Source of the DNA: Bacteroidota bacterium
GTDB taxonomy: Bacteria > Bacteroidota > JABWAT01
Reading direction: 5' to 3'
DNA: 64,000 nucleotides
NCBI GenBank assembly: GCA_013360915.1
Contig: JABWAT010000001.1
Span: 468,981 to 532,980 of the forward strand
The position numbers were made by a program, and so were the translations under genes. Below, piece by piece: positions 1 through 8,979 of this stretch; position 1 is the stretch's first letter, and every line of letters starts with the position of its first letter. The notes below the pieces were generated by a model, which saw only the letters and a list, made by a program, of their open reading frames with translations, made no database searches and had not been told where the DNA came from.

Positions 1-1054
1 CGAATTCTTCTATTCCGCGAAGAACTGCTTCTGCTCCCTCGGGAGTGGTCGCCTGGTGTCCGTGAGTGGCCGCATCGAGGTGACCAGCCGTCCGGTACAA
101 CATGGAATCACCTGCATAATTCCGGATGGCCATTTCGGCGATTTTATGCTGAATGGCGCCGAAGGTCCCGATGGTAACACCGAACTGTTTGCGTTCATTG
201 GCATATTTAACGGCTTCAGTCATGACGTATTTCGATGCCCCGATGGTTGAGGCCCCCAATTTGAAACGACCGACATTCAGGATATTGAAGGCAATTTTGT
301 GGCCCTTCCCGATTTCACCCAACACACGATCAGCCGGTATCACACAATTGTCCAGCTTGACAACGCGGGTCGAGGATCCTTTGATGCCCATTTTCTTCTC
401 TTCAGCGCCCAAAGAGACCCCGGAATCGGTGCGTTCCACAATGAAACCGGTGAACTGTTCCCCATCCACTTTGGCAAAAACCACAAATACATCGGCGAAT
501 CCTGCATTGGTAATCCACATTTTCTCACCATTGAGAATCCACGATTTCCCATCTGCCGATTTTTCTGCCTTTGCTTTTGCTCCCAGTGCATCAGACCCTG
601 AACCCGCCTCGGTCAGTGCATAGGCGCCCAAGTATTCACCCGAGGCCAATTTTGGGATATACTTTTTCTTTTGTTCCTCTGTTCCGAAGTATAGAATCGG
701 GAGGGTTCCGATTCCGGTGTGGGCTCCGAGTGAAACCGCAAAAGAGGCACCTTTTCCCGAATAATCCGCAATGATGATCGAGGTGGTTTTATCCACTTCC
801 ATGCCACCGTACGCCTCTGGAACCGACACCTGAAACAAGCCTTGTTCACCTGCCTTTTTCATGATACCTGCCAACAGGCCTTCTTTCATTGCATCGATAT
901 CGTCGAGGTGAGGCATGACCTCCTGCTCAACAAATCCATTCACGAGTTCGGCAATCATGTTGTGTTCATCCGAAAATTGTTCCGGTGTGAAAACTTCTCC
1001 GGCAGATACTTCTCTTATCAGAAAATCGCCGCCTTTTATTGAAGAGTTACCCAT
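1..1054 (-). CDS. Acyl-CoA dehydrogenase (FadE-like). N-terminal ~351 aa are visible; the C-terminus runs off the window edge.
   Basis: Minus-strand translation from the ATG at ~1052-1054, which is directly preceded by an in-frame TAA. It reads MGNSSIKGGDF...GAYALTEAGSGSD...WITNAGFADVFVVFAK... with no stop before position 1. These motifs are typical of the ACAD family. The ORF track omits it because it has no stop inside the window. Confidence 0.85.
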   Translation of the reverse strand, partial: MGNSSIKGGDFLIREVSAGEVFTPEQFSDEHNMIAELVNGFVEQEVMPHLDDIDAMKEGLLAGIMKKAGEQGLFQVSVPEAYGGMEVDKTTSIIIADYSGKGASFAVSLGAHTGIGTLPILYFGTEEQKKKYIPKLASGEYLGAYALTEAGSGSDALGAKAKAEKSADGKSWILNGEKMWITNAGFADVFVVFAKVDGEQFTGFIVERTDSGVSLGAEEKKMGIKGSSTRVVKLDNCVIPADRVLGEIGKGHKIAFNILNVGRFKLGASTIGASKYVMTEAVKYANERKQFGVTIGTFGAIQHKIAEMAIRNYAGDSMLYRTAGHLDAATHGHQATTPEGAEAVLRGIEEF

Positions 1055-1362
1055 GTGGAATTCCTTTTATAAATTGTCAAAGTGTCCTGATGTCTGAATT
1101 TGTTCTGATTGGATGAAATCACTGACAGAACGAACAGTTTAACTCCACCCTTTCCGTCCGGTCAGACGCGCATCTTCCATGAAAACAACTCATTAAAAAA
1201 AGCAGGGGTTTGAGTTCATCATTCATCGCTTTTACCCAGAAAACCAGTCAACAGACCCTCACCCCTTCCCTCTCCGGCGGAGAGGGTGAATTTCCATATT
1301 CCGGTCCCTGAGCGGAGCCGAAGGGCTGAATTCTGAATTCCTTCTTCTGACTCCTGCCTTTC

Positions 1363-2544
1363 TCACCCCAGTCGTTCAAAAATGCCGGCGACTCCCTGTC
1401 CTCCACCCACACAGGCGGTAACCATGCCGTATTTCACCGACCGCCGCTTCATCTCATTGATGAGCTGAACGGAGAGCTTGGTGCCGGTACAACCCAGCGG
1501 GTGACCGAGAGCAATGGCTCCTCCGTTGACGTTCACTGTGTCCGGATTTAACCCTGCCTGACGGATGACAGCCAGCGATTGAGCTGCAAACGCTTCATTC
1601 AGTTCGGTCAGTCCGATATCCTGAATGGATAAACCAGCCTGACGGGTAGCCAGAGGAATGGCTTCGACCGGACCGATGCCCATGATTTCGGGATGGACAC
1701 CCGCCACCTGATAACTTACCAATCGCGCAACCGGAGTGAGGTTTAATTCCTTAACGACCTTTTCTGAAACAATCAGAACGGCGGCTGCCCCATCCGAGGT
1801 CTGACTGGAATTACCTGCCGTTACGGTTCCTCCGGTCAGAAAGACCGGTTTCAGTTGGGCCAACCGTTCTGGTGTGGTATCTGCACGGGGTCCTTCATCG
1901 GTCTGAACAGTCAGTGTCTCTTTTGCCAGCTTCCCTTTGTCATTCAGCCAGGTTCGTTCAAGTGTTATGGGGACCAGTTCGGCGTTAAATACACCGGACT
2001 GAATGGCAGCAAGTGCTTTCTGATGACTCTGGAAGGCAAACTGATCCTGATCTTCACGGGAAATTCCATATTTCGCCTGAACCAGTTCAGCAGTCAGACC
2101 CATTCCGAGGTAATAATTGGGAATGGTATCAACCAATTTCGGATTCGGGGCGATTTTAAATCCGCCCATGGGAACCAGACTCATGCTTTCTGCCCCACCG
2201 GCAATAACCACGTCGGCCATTCCGGCGCGGATTTTGGCAACGGCTATGGCAATGGTCTCCAATCCGCTGGCACAGAACCGGTTTACTGTCATTCCCGGAA
2301 CCGAAATCGGAAGGTCGGCCAACAGAGACACCATCCGGCCCATGTTAAATCCCTGCTCAGCCTCCGGCATGGCGCATCCGATGATGATGTCGTTGATCCG
2401 GGCCGGATCCAGTGCGGGTACCGACCGGACCAGTTGCCTGACCACGTCTGCTGCCAGATCATCCGGTCGGGCAAAACGCAGATTTCCTTTTCCCGCTTTT
2501 CCTACCGGTGTACGTAAACCGGCAACGATATAGGCTTCGGTCAT
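1363..2544 (-). CDS. fadA: Acetyl-CoA C-acyltransferase (thiolase I/II family)
   Basis: 393 aa beginning MTEAYIVAGLRTPVGKAGKG...NRFCASGLE. These are thiolase N-terminal and active-site-Cys motifs. It lies between the FadN-type gene and the acyl-CoA dehydrogenase. Confidence 0.9.
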   Translation of the reverse strand: MTEAYIVAGLRTPVGKAGKGNLRFARPDDLAADVVRQLVRSVPALDPARINDIIIGCAMPEAEQGFNMGRMVSLLADLPISVPGMTVNRFCASGLETIAIAVAKIRAGMADVVIAGGAESMSLVPMGGFKIAPNPKLVDTIPNYYLGMGLTAELVQAKYGISREDQDQFAFQSHQKALAAIQSGVFNAELVPITLERTWLNDKGKLAKETLTVQTDEGPRADTTPERLAQLKPVFLTGGTVTAGNSSQTSDGAAAVLIVSEKVVKELNLTPVARLVSYQVAGVHPEIMGIGPVEAIPLATRQAGLSIQDIGLTELNEAFAAQSLAVIRQAGLNPDTVNVNGGAIALGHPLGCTGTKLSVQLINEMKRRSVKYGMVTACVGGGQGVAGIFERLG

Positions 2545-2618
2545 GTTGATATGTGGTAAATGGTGAATAGTGATTGAATGTTACCTGTTACTGCCTGTTC
2601 GAAGGTGACCTTCAAACC

Positions 2619-5021
2619 CTAATTTCTGAGAGGTTTTCCTGTTTTTAACATGTGCTGAATGCGCTCGAGCGTCCGGCGGTCTCCGCATAAACTCAGAAAG
2701 GCTTCCCGTTCCAGATCGAGCAGATATTGCTCGGAGACTCTGGTTTCTTCGCTGAGGTTACCACCGCACATGATGTAGCCCAGTTTTTCGGCAACGACCT
2801 TGTCATAATCCGTGATCTGTTTGGCCATCCACATGAGATGAATACTCATTTTAACCGTTGCAAGCCCTCCCCTGCCCGGTACCCGGATATCGGTACGAGG
2901 AGCCGGTTTATGGTAACCGGCTGCAGCCAGGGACATGGCACGACTTTTTGCATCGGCCAATTGCCGGTCTGCATTCATGGTTTCACCATCCGACGGACGC
3001 AGAATACCCATTTCAAGTGCCTCTCGCGCACTGGTAGCAACCTTTGCCGTTCCCATCACCATAAAGGCATCGCGCAGATTCTGCAGATAGACACCGCCAT
3101 CGGCCACTTTGTCCATGGCGCGCATCATCATTTCTTTGGTGCCACCTCCGGCGGGTATCAGTCCAACACCGACCTCGACCAGCCCGATATACGTTTCGGC
3201 CAGCGCCTGCACGTGGTCGGCATGCAGAACCAATTCACAGCCACCACCCAACGTCAGATGATGGGGAGCAACCACCACCGGAACCGACGAATACCGGACC
3301 CGCATGGTCATTTTCTGGAACTGTCTGACCATCAGATCAATTTCGTCCCATTCCCCTTCATTGGCGGCCATGAGCAGCAAAGCCAGATTGGCACCAGCCG
3401 AAAAATTCTGTCCCTGATTGCCAATAACCAGCCCGTCAAATTCCTTCTCAGCCCGGTCAATTGCCTTGATAACCATAGAAACGGTATCGGGACCAATGCT
3501 GTTCATTTTCGAATGAAACTCCAGACCGAGAATGCCATCACCCAGATCGATCATCGAGGCAGCAGCATTTTTCTCAACCACATGCGAGGAACGGCGATCA
3601 TCCAGCAGGAGGTATTTTTTGGATTCCGATACCTGATGTATCGTCTTTCCGGCTGGATGGTACACAACTCTTCCCGTGCCTTCACGTCGGTAGAACGTGG
3701 TTTGTCCCGATTGGACCATGTCACGGACCCATCCGGCTGGTGTGACACCTGCCTTGTCCATATCGGCAAGCACCTTCTGAACGCCTAATACATCCCACAA
3801 CTCAAACGGACCCAATTCCCAGCCAAATCCGCCCCGGAGGGCAAGATCAATATTCTCGGGTGAATCTGAGATTTCCGTAATGCGGTTCGACGCATAGGCA
3901 AGCAGGTCGAGAGTTAGTCGCCGCCAGGTTTCAGCCGCCTTGTCCATGCCACCGTAGATCATTTTCAGGCGGGTTCTAAGGTCATCCACCGGTTTGGTCA
4001 TCTCAATGGTTGGAAAGCTGACTTTCTTTTTTGGATGATAGGTAAGCGTTTCCAGATTCAGGGTATGAATCTCTGATTTGCCTTCAGCCGATTTGACCTT
4101 TTTGAAAAAACCCTGTCCCTTTTTATCACCCAGCCAACCGTTGGCCACCAGGGTGGTTAAAAAGGCCGGAATGTTAAACACATCCCGCTTCTCATCATGA
4201 ACCAACACCTCATGCAGGTGCGACGCAACCAATACCAGCGTATCGAGGCCGACCAGATCGGCCGTTCTGAAGGTTGCCGATTTCGGGCGTCCGGTCAGCG
4301 GACCGGAAATGGCTTCGATTTCGTCGATTCCCAAACCAGTTTCTGCCATAACCCTGAACGTATTCATCATGCCGAATACCCCGATCCGGTTTGCAATAAA
4401 ATCGGGTGTATCCTTGCATTCAACCGTTGATTTTCCCAGATAGCGGTCGCCGAAGTCCAGCACAAAATCGACCACTTCCCGTTTGGTAAAAGGAGTGGGT
4501 ACCACCTCGAGTAAACGCAGATACCGGGGGGGATTGAAAAAGTGAGTTCCCAGAAAATGAGCCTTAAAATCCTCTGAGCGGCCCGTCAGCATCTGATGTA
4601 CCGGAATTCCACTGGTATTCGTCGAAACCAGACTTCCTGATTTGCGGTATTGATCCACCCTTTCAAAGACCGATTGCTTAATGTCGAGTCTTTCAATCAC
4701 GGCTTCGAGAATCCAGTCGGACTCTTTAATCAAAGGAAAATGATCATCGAAGTTTCCGGTTTTCACCCGTGCAGCAAGGGATTTCGAGTAAAAGGCGGCC
4801 GGATCTGATTTGCGGGCATTTTCAAGTCCGGAATCAGCCAACCGGTTTCTGACGGATGGATCGGTCAGGGACAGTCCCTTTTTTTCCTCATCAGGGGTCA
4901 GAGAAGAAGGGGTGATATCGAGTAAAAGCACGTCTATCCCGGCATTGGTCAGGTGGGCAGCCAGCCGGCAACCCATCACCCCTGCTCCCAAAACGGTTGC
5001 GTGGCGGATGATCCGCTTCAT
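2619..5021 (-). CDS. Bifunctional 3-hydroxyacyl-CoA dehydrogenase / enoyl-CoA hydratase (FadN-type order: HADH N-terminal, crotonase C-terminal)
   Basis: 800 aa. The N-terminus has a Rossmann motif, VLGAGVMGCRLAAHL, as in HADH. The C-terminal half is crotonase-like (enoyl-CoA hydratase). It is immediately upstream of the thiolase. Confidence 0.9.
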   Translation of the reverse strand: MKRIIRHATVLGAGVMGCRLAAHLTNAGIDVLLLDITPSSLTPDEEKKGLSLTDPSVRNRLADSGLENARKSDPAAFYSKSLAARVKTGNFDDHFPLIKESDWILEAVIERLDIKQSVFERVDQYRKSGSLVSTNTSGIPVHQMLTGRSEDFKAHFLGTHFFNPPRYLRLLEVVPTPFTKREVVDFVLDFGDRYLGKSTVECKDTPDFIANRIGVFGMMNTFRVMAETGLGIDEIEAISGPLTGRPKSATFRTADLVGLDTLVLVASHLHEVLVHDEKRDVFNIPAFLTTLVANGWLGDKKGQGFFKKVKSAEGKSEIHTLNLETLTYHPKKKVSFPTIEMTKPVDDLRTRLKMIYGGMDKAAETWRRLTLDLLAYASNRITEISDSPENIDLALRGGFGWELGPFELWDVLGVQKVLADMDKAGVTPAGWVRDMVQSGQTTFYRREGTGRVVYHPAGKTIHQVSESKKYLLLDDRRSSHVVEKNAAASMIDLGDGILGLEFHSKMNSIGPDTVSMVIKAIDRAEKEFDGLVIGNQGQNFSAGANLALLLMAANEGEWDEIDLMVRQFQKMTMRVRYSSVPVVVAPHHLTLGGGCELVLHADHVQALAETYIGLVEVGVGLIPAGGGTKEMMMRAMDKVADGGVYLQNLRDAFMVMGTAKVATSAREALEMGILRPSDGETMNADRQLADAKSRAMSLAAAGYHKPAPRTDIRVPGRGGLATVKMSIHLMWMAKQITDYDKVVAEKLGYIMCGGNLSEETRVSEQYLLDLEREAFLSLCGDRRTLERIQHMLKTGKPLRN

Positions 5022-5099
5022 GGAATCTCCATCAATTAGGTAATCTCCGGGTACTTTCCCGGAATGGTCAATCGGGTGGGCCTGTGAAATCGCAGGGCC

Positions 5100-5136
5100 G
5101 GAAGGGAAAAGAACCGGCTGGTAAAAACCAGCCGGT
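5100..5136 (-). terminator. Candidate intrinsic terminator after the acyl-CoA ligase: 10-bp perfect stem (accggctggt / accagccggt) with an aaaa loop, then a T-rich tract on the minus strand.
   Basis: Read directly from the sequence, ~65 nt downstream of the fadD-like stop. The U-tract is interrupted (tcttttccc). Confidence 0.45.
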
Positions 5137-5200
5137 AAAAGGCAAATATACTATCGGTCCGGATTATTTACGGATGATCTTATCCGTTAATTCCATTTAA

Positions 5201-6988
5201 TCAGTGCTCTGACTCGGATCCGGCATAAATCTCGGCTACCTGAGCGGCATATTTTTCCAGGATGACCTTGCGCCTTGGCTTCAGGGTGGGTGTCAGTTCA
5301 CCACTGTCGATGGTCCATTCATGGTGCAGAAGTCGAAACTGCTTAATCCGCTCGGATTGGCTGAGGCGTTCATTCACTTTGTCAATCTCGCGCTGAATCA
5401 GGTCAATTACTTCAGGTGTATGCGTCATTTCATAATTATCAGGCAGTTTAGTGTGCTTCTTTTTCAGGTAATCGGTCAGCTGAACAAATGAAGGCACGAT
5501 CAGTGCAGCAGCAAAATTCTTTCCTTCGCCGATCACCATGGCCTGTTCAATAAACCGGCTGGCTTTCAGTTCATTTTCAATGGGTTGAGGGGCAATATAC
5601 CTTCCACCCGATGTTTTGAACATTTCCTTCTTTCGATCGGTGATAAACAGGTACCCATCCGAATCCAGGTGACCGATATCGCCTGTGTAAAACCAGCCAT
5701 CCCTGATAACCTCGGCGGTTGCCTCTGGCTTTTTGTAATAACCCCGCATGATGTTCGGACCCCGGGCCAGAATTTCACCTTCCCCGGAAATCATCACCTC
5801 CACTCCCGGAACGACTGGTCCGATGGATCCCATTCTGTTTCGTTTAATGGTATTCACACTGATAACGGGAGAGGTTTCGGTGAGGCCGTAGCCCTGAAGC
5901 ACCTTGATCTTTCCGGCTGAAAACACACGTGCCAGTTTTGGTGACAAGGCTGCTCCGCCTGCCACAATAAACCGGATGTTATCACCCAACGCTTCACGCC
6001 ATTTCGAAAAGATCAGTTTATTGGCCAGGTGCAGCTGGAAATTGTACCACAATCCCATGTTGGTTTCCGGATCATACCGCTTTGCCAGATTGAGGGCCCA
6101 GAAAAACAATTGCTTTTTAAGCCCCTTCAGCGCAGCACCTTTGGCTACGATTTTGTCATAAACTTTTTCGAGTAACCGCGGAACAGTGGTAAACAAATCC
6201 GGTTTCACTTCTTTCAGATTGTCGGCAATGGTATCCATGCTTTCCGCATAATAAACACCCAGACCTGTGTACTGGTAGAAATAGTTCACCATCCGCTCAA
6301 AGGAATGGCACAGAGGCAGAAAACTGAGTGTTCGGTCCTTGCCGGGCTGAACGTCTAACACATCCTGACAGGCCAATACGTTACTGACGATATTGGCATG
6401 AGTCAGCATGACCCCTTTTGGTTCGCCGGTGGTACCAGAGGTGTAGATCAGAGTGGCCAGATCTTCGGGCGTTACCTGAGCCTTTAATTCCTGGATCAGA
6501 TGAGGTTTCTCACCTGCAAGTTTTTCTCCTGCATGGAGCACATCCTTCCAGAAAGGCATCCCCTCAATGTTATTGATGGTATAAACCGTTTTGCAGGTTT
6601 TCAATTGTTTATACGAGGGGGAAAACCGTTCATGAAGCACTTCACTGCTGACAAAGAAATATTTGATTTCGGCGTCGTTTAGAATGTACTCCATCTGTTC
6701 AAGAGCCGAGGTCGGATAAACCGGTACCAGGACGGCCCCGATCGATTGACATCCCAGATCGATGAAGTTCCATTCGGGTCGGTTTTCAGAAACCAGTCCG
6801 ATGGTATCCCCTTTTCTGATTCCGAGTGAATACAACCCGAGTCCGAAAAATTCTGACAATCGGATACACTCTTCGGTGGAATACCGGATCCATCGGCCAT
6901 TGACTTTGTTACAAATGGCATCGAAGCGGTTGTGGCGGGTTTTTGCAAATTCGAGAAGTTCAAACAACCGGGTCGGTTGAGCAGACAT
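5201..6988 (-). CDS. fadD: Long-chain fatty acid--CoA ligase (AMP-binding family)
   Basis: 595 aa with the AMP-binding signature YTSGTTGEPKGVMLTHANI and a C-terminal ligase fold. Confidence 0.9.
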   Translation of the reverse strand: MSAQPTRLFELLEFAKTRHNRFDAICNKVNGRWIRYSTEECIRLSEFFGLGLYSLGIRKGDTIGLVSENRPEWNFIDLGCQSIGAVLVPVYPTSALEQMEYILNDAEIKYFFVSSEVLHERFSPSYKQLKTCKTVYTINNIEGMPFWKDVLHAGEKLAGEKPHLIQELKAQVTPEDLATLIYTSGTTGEPKGVMLTHANIVSNVLACQDVLDVQPGKDRTLSFLPLCHSFERMVNYFYQYTGLGVYYAESMDTIADNLKEVKPDLFTTVPRLLEKVYDKIVAKGAALKGLKKQLFFWALNLAKRYDPETNMGLWYNFQLHLANKLIFSKWREALGDNIRFIVAGGAALSPKLARVFSAGKIKVLQGYGLTETSPVISVNTIKRNRMGSIGPVVPGVEVMISGEGEILARGPNIMRGYYKKPEATAEVIRDGWFYTGDIGHLDSDGYLFITDRKKEMFKTSGGRYIAPQPIENELKASRFIEQAMVIGEGKNFAAALIVPSFVQLTDYLKKKHTKLPDNYEMTHTPEVIDLIQREIDKVNERLSQSERIKQFRLLHHEWTIDSGELTPTLKPRRKVILEKYAAQVAEIYAGSESEH

Positions 6989-7064
6989 ACATCACCTCTG
7001 AAACAAATTCGTTACGGATTGCGATTTGCAGAAGAAAGAAAGCAACCGGAAAACCGGCAGAGGA

Positions 7065-7619
7065 TCATCCTCTGACTTTCCATTCAGTTTCTGAGACACC
7101 GGACTGAAGATTCACGTACCGGGCGATGATGAAAAGAAGATCTGAAAGACGATTTAAATATACAATGATATTTTCAAATTCCGGAGAGGATTCAGAGAGT
7201 TGAACCACGATCCGTTCTGCCCGACGGCAAACCGTTCGGGCAACGTGAAGATGAGCAGCCAGAGGAGTTCCTCCGGGAAGGACAAAAAACCGGAAAGGCG
7301 GACAGGCAGCCTGATAAAAGTCGATTTGTTTTTCGATTTCCCTGATATGATGATCCGAGATCCGTGGAACCTGCGAGGGTCCTGAGGCGGTCACGGGTGT
7401 GGCCAGATCTGCGCCCAGAACAAACAGGTCATTCTGGATGGATTTCAGCAGTTCATCTTCCCTTTGAAAATCTGCTGCAACGGTCCGGCCCAATCCGATC
7501 ACCGAATTGGTTTCATCAACGGTCCCATAAGCTTCAACACGGAGAGATGCTTTGCTGACCCGCTGCCCTCCGAAAAGTGAGGTGGTTCCCTGGTCTCCGG
7601 TTTTGGTATATAATTTCAT
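7065..7619 (-). CDS. ATP:cob(I)alamin adenosyltransferase, PduO-type (MMAB family)
   Basis: Internal Met start giving MKLYTKTGDQGTTSL...VEAYGTVDE, the Cob_adeno_trans signature. The track ORF 7065..7694 begins at an upstream alternative start that overlaps the MFS gene. The likely true ATG overlaps the MFS stop by 4 nt (ATGA). Confidence 0.85.
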   Translation of the reverse strand: MKLYTKTGDQGTTSLFGGQRVSKASLRVEAYGTVDETNSVIGLGRTVAADFQREDELLKSIQNDLFVLGADLATPVTASGPSQVPRISDHHIREIEKQIDFYQAACPPFRFFVLPGGTPLAAHLHVARTVCRRAERIVVQLSESSPEFENIIVYLNRLSDLLFIIARYVNLQSGVSETEWKVRG

Positions 7620-8917
7620 GATCTGGTCAGGTCCGGTTTCAAATGATTCCAAATTAATAACAACCCCAGGCCCATTAAAGTTGCACCAGCCCAAAGAGGT
7701 AATCCCGGAGGTCCTGCCGTAAATGCCAGCCCACCGGTCACCGGTCCGACAATCCGGCCCAGACTTCCGAAACCCTGAGAAAGGCCAAGGATTTTGCCCT
7801 GATCATCCTGATGGGTCATTCCTGAAATCAGTCCATTCATGCTGGGCGAAAAAAGAGCCAGACCAAAGGAGTAACTCACAATTCCGATGTATAGCAACCA
7901 CAGCGAATCCGGACTCATCAGGGATAAAATTACCAACGACAACATGGTAAACCACAATCCGCTGATAATTAAAAACCTGTTTCCGAAGCGCTGTGTCAGC
8001 GGACCAATCAGCACACCCTGAACCACGGCCGTAACAATGCCGATTACGGTAAAGATCAGGCCAAATTCGCGGGCACTGAATTGAAGCACCGATTCAAGTA
8101 TCAATGCAAACGTTCCTTCAAACATTGCATGCCCGGTTATCACCACCCAGACAATCAGGATGAGGAAAAACACCGGATTCCGGTCCTGCCGCAACCGGAG
8201 AAAGTCGGTGAACGGCCGGTGGACAGCCAACCACTGAAAAGGTTTCTGCCGGTTTCGTGCGCGTACTGCCGGTTGCTGGGATTCCGGAAGAAACCACCAG
8301 GCAAAAACGAAATTGAGGACTGAAAGTGAGGCGGCCACCAGACCGGGGACCATGTAGCCAAAGGGAGAAAGCAGCCCTCCCAGCGCCGGTCCAACAATAA
8401 ATCCGAGTCCGAATGCAGCACCGAAAAGCCCCATTCCCTTTGCCCGGTTTTCGGTGGTGGTAATGTCAGCAATATAGGCCTGAGCCGCCCCAAAATTGGC
8501 GGTAAATACGCCACCAAGCAACCGGGCCATAAACAAACTGGTAAGGGAACCTGCAACGGCAAACCAACCATAGGCACAAGCCGTACCGGCAATGGAAATC
8601 AGGAGGACCGGCCGGCGACCGAAACGGTCACTAAGCCCACCCCAGAAAGGAGAGAACAGAAATTGCATCAGCGAGTAAATGGTAGACAGGAAAGTCACCA
8701 TCAGGGGTGAGGCATCAAATGCCAAGGCATAATACGGAAGCAGCGGAATGATCATTCCGAATCCGATCAGATCGATGAAGACCGTCAGAAAAATGATCAG
8801 AAGTGAAGGTTTGGACCGCATGTGTTCCCGGTTATTCAAAGGGCCAAAGATAGCCTTCCGCCTTGCTTTATAAAATTGACCAGATGGGTAACCATCCGAA
8901 GAGACCTGACGGACCAT
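7616..8917 (-). CDS. MFS transporter (12-TM drug:H+ antiporter-like, TetA-like fold)
   Basis: 433-aa ORF. Motifs GFGMIIPLLPYYA and GGLSDRFGRRPVLL are the MFS motif A. The true start is probably the internal Met (MRSKPSLLIIF) near 8821. Confidence 0.8.
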   Translation of the reverse strand: MVRQVSSDGYPSGQFYKARRKAIFGPLNNREHMRSKPSLLIIFLTVFIDLIGFGMIIPLLPYYALAFDASPLMVTFLSTIYSLMQFLFSPFWGGLSDRFGRRPVLLISIAGTACAYGWFAVAGSLTSLFMARLLGGVFTANFGAAQAYIADITTTENRAKGMGLFGAAFGLGFIVGPALGGLLSPFGYMVPGLVAASLSVLNFVFAWWFLPESQQPAVRARNRQKPFQWLAVHRPFTDFLRLRQDRNPVFFLILIVWVVITGHAMFEGTFALILESVLQFSAREFGLIFTVIGIVTAVVQGVLIGPLTQRFGNRFLIISGLWFTMLSLVILSLMSPDSLWLLYIGIVSYSFGLALFSPSMNGLISGMTHQDDQGKILGLSQGFGSLGRIVGPVTGGLAFTAGPPGLPLWAGATLMGLGLLLIWNHLKPDLTRS

Positions 8918-8979
8918 TCCGGTGGGTCTTGAAATGAAATCAGCAATTGTTCATCTTACCGGTTTTTAAGGAATGACCG

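Noticed and set aside
1261-1295. GC-rich perfect hairpin ccctctcc-gcc-ggagaggg as a rho-independent terminator of the thiolase gene
   Set aside because: No U-tract follows it on the transcribed strand. I kept it only as a possible RNA structure element.
2727-3788. 353-aa plus-strand ORF, His-rich (HHHKGIAQ...)
   Set aside because: It lies entirely antisense within the well-supported fadN-type gene. It has low-complexity composition and no recognisable domain. This is the typical shadow ORF of a GC-rich coding region.
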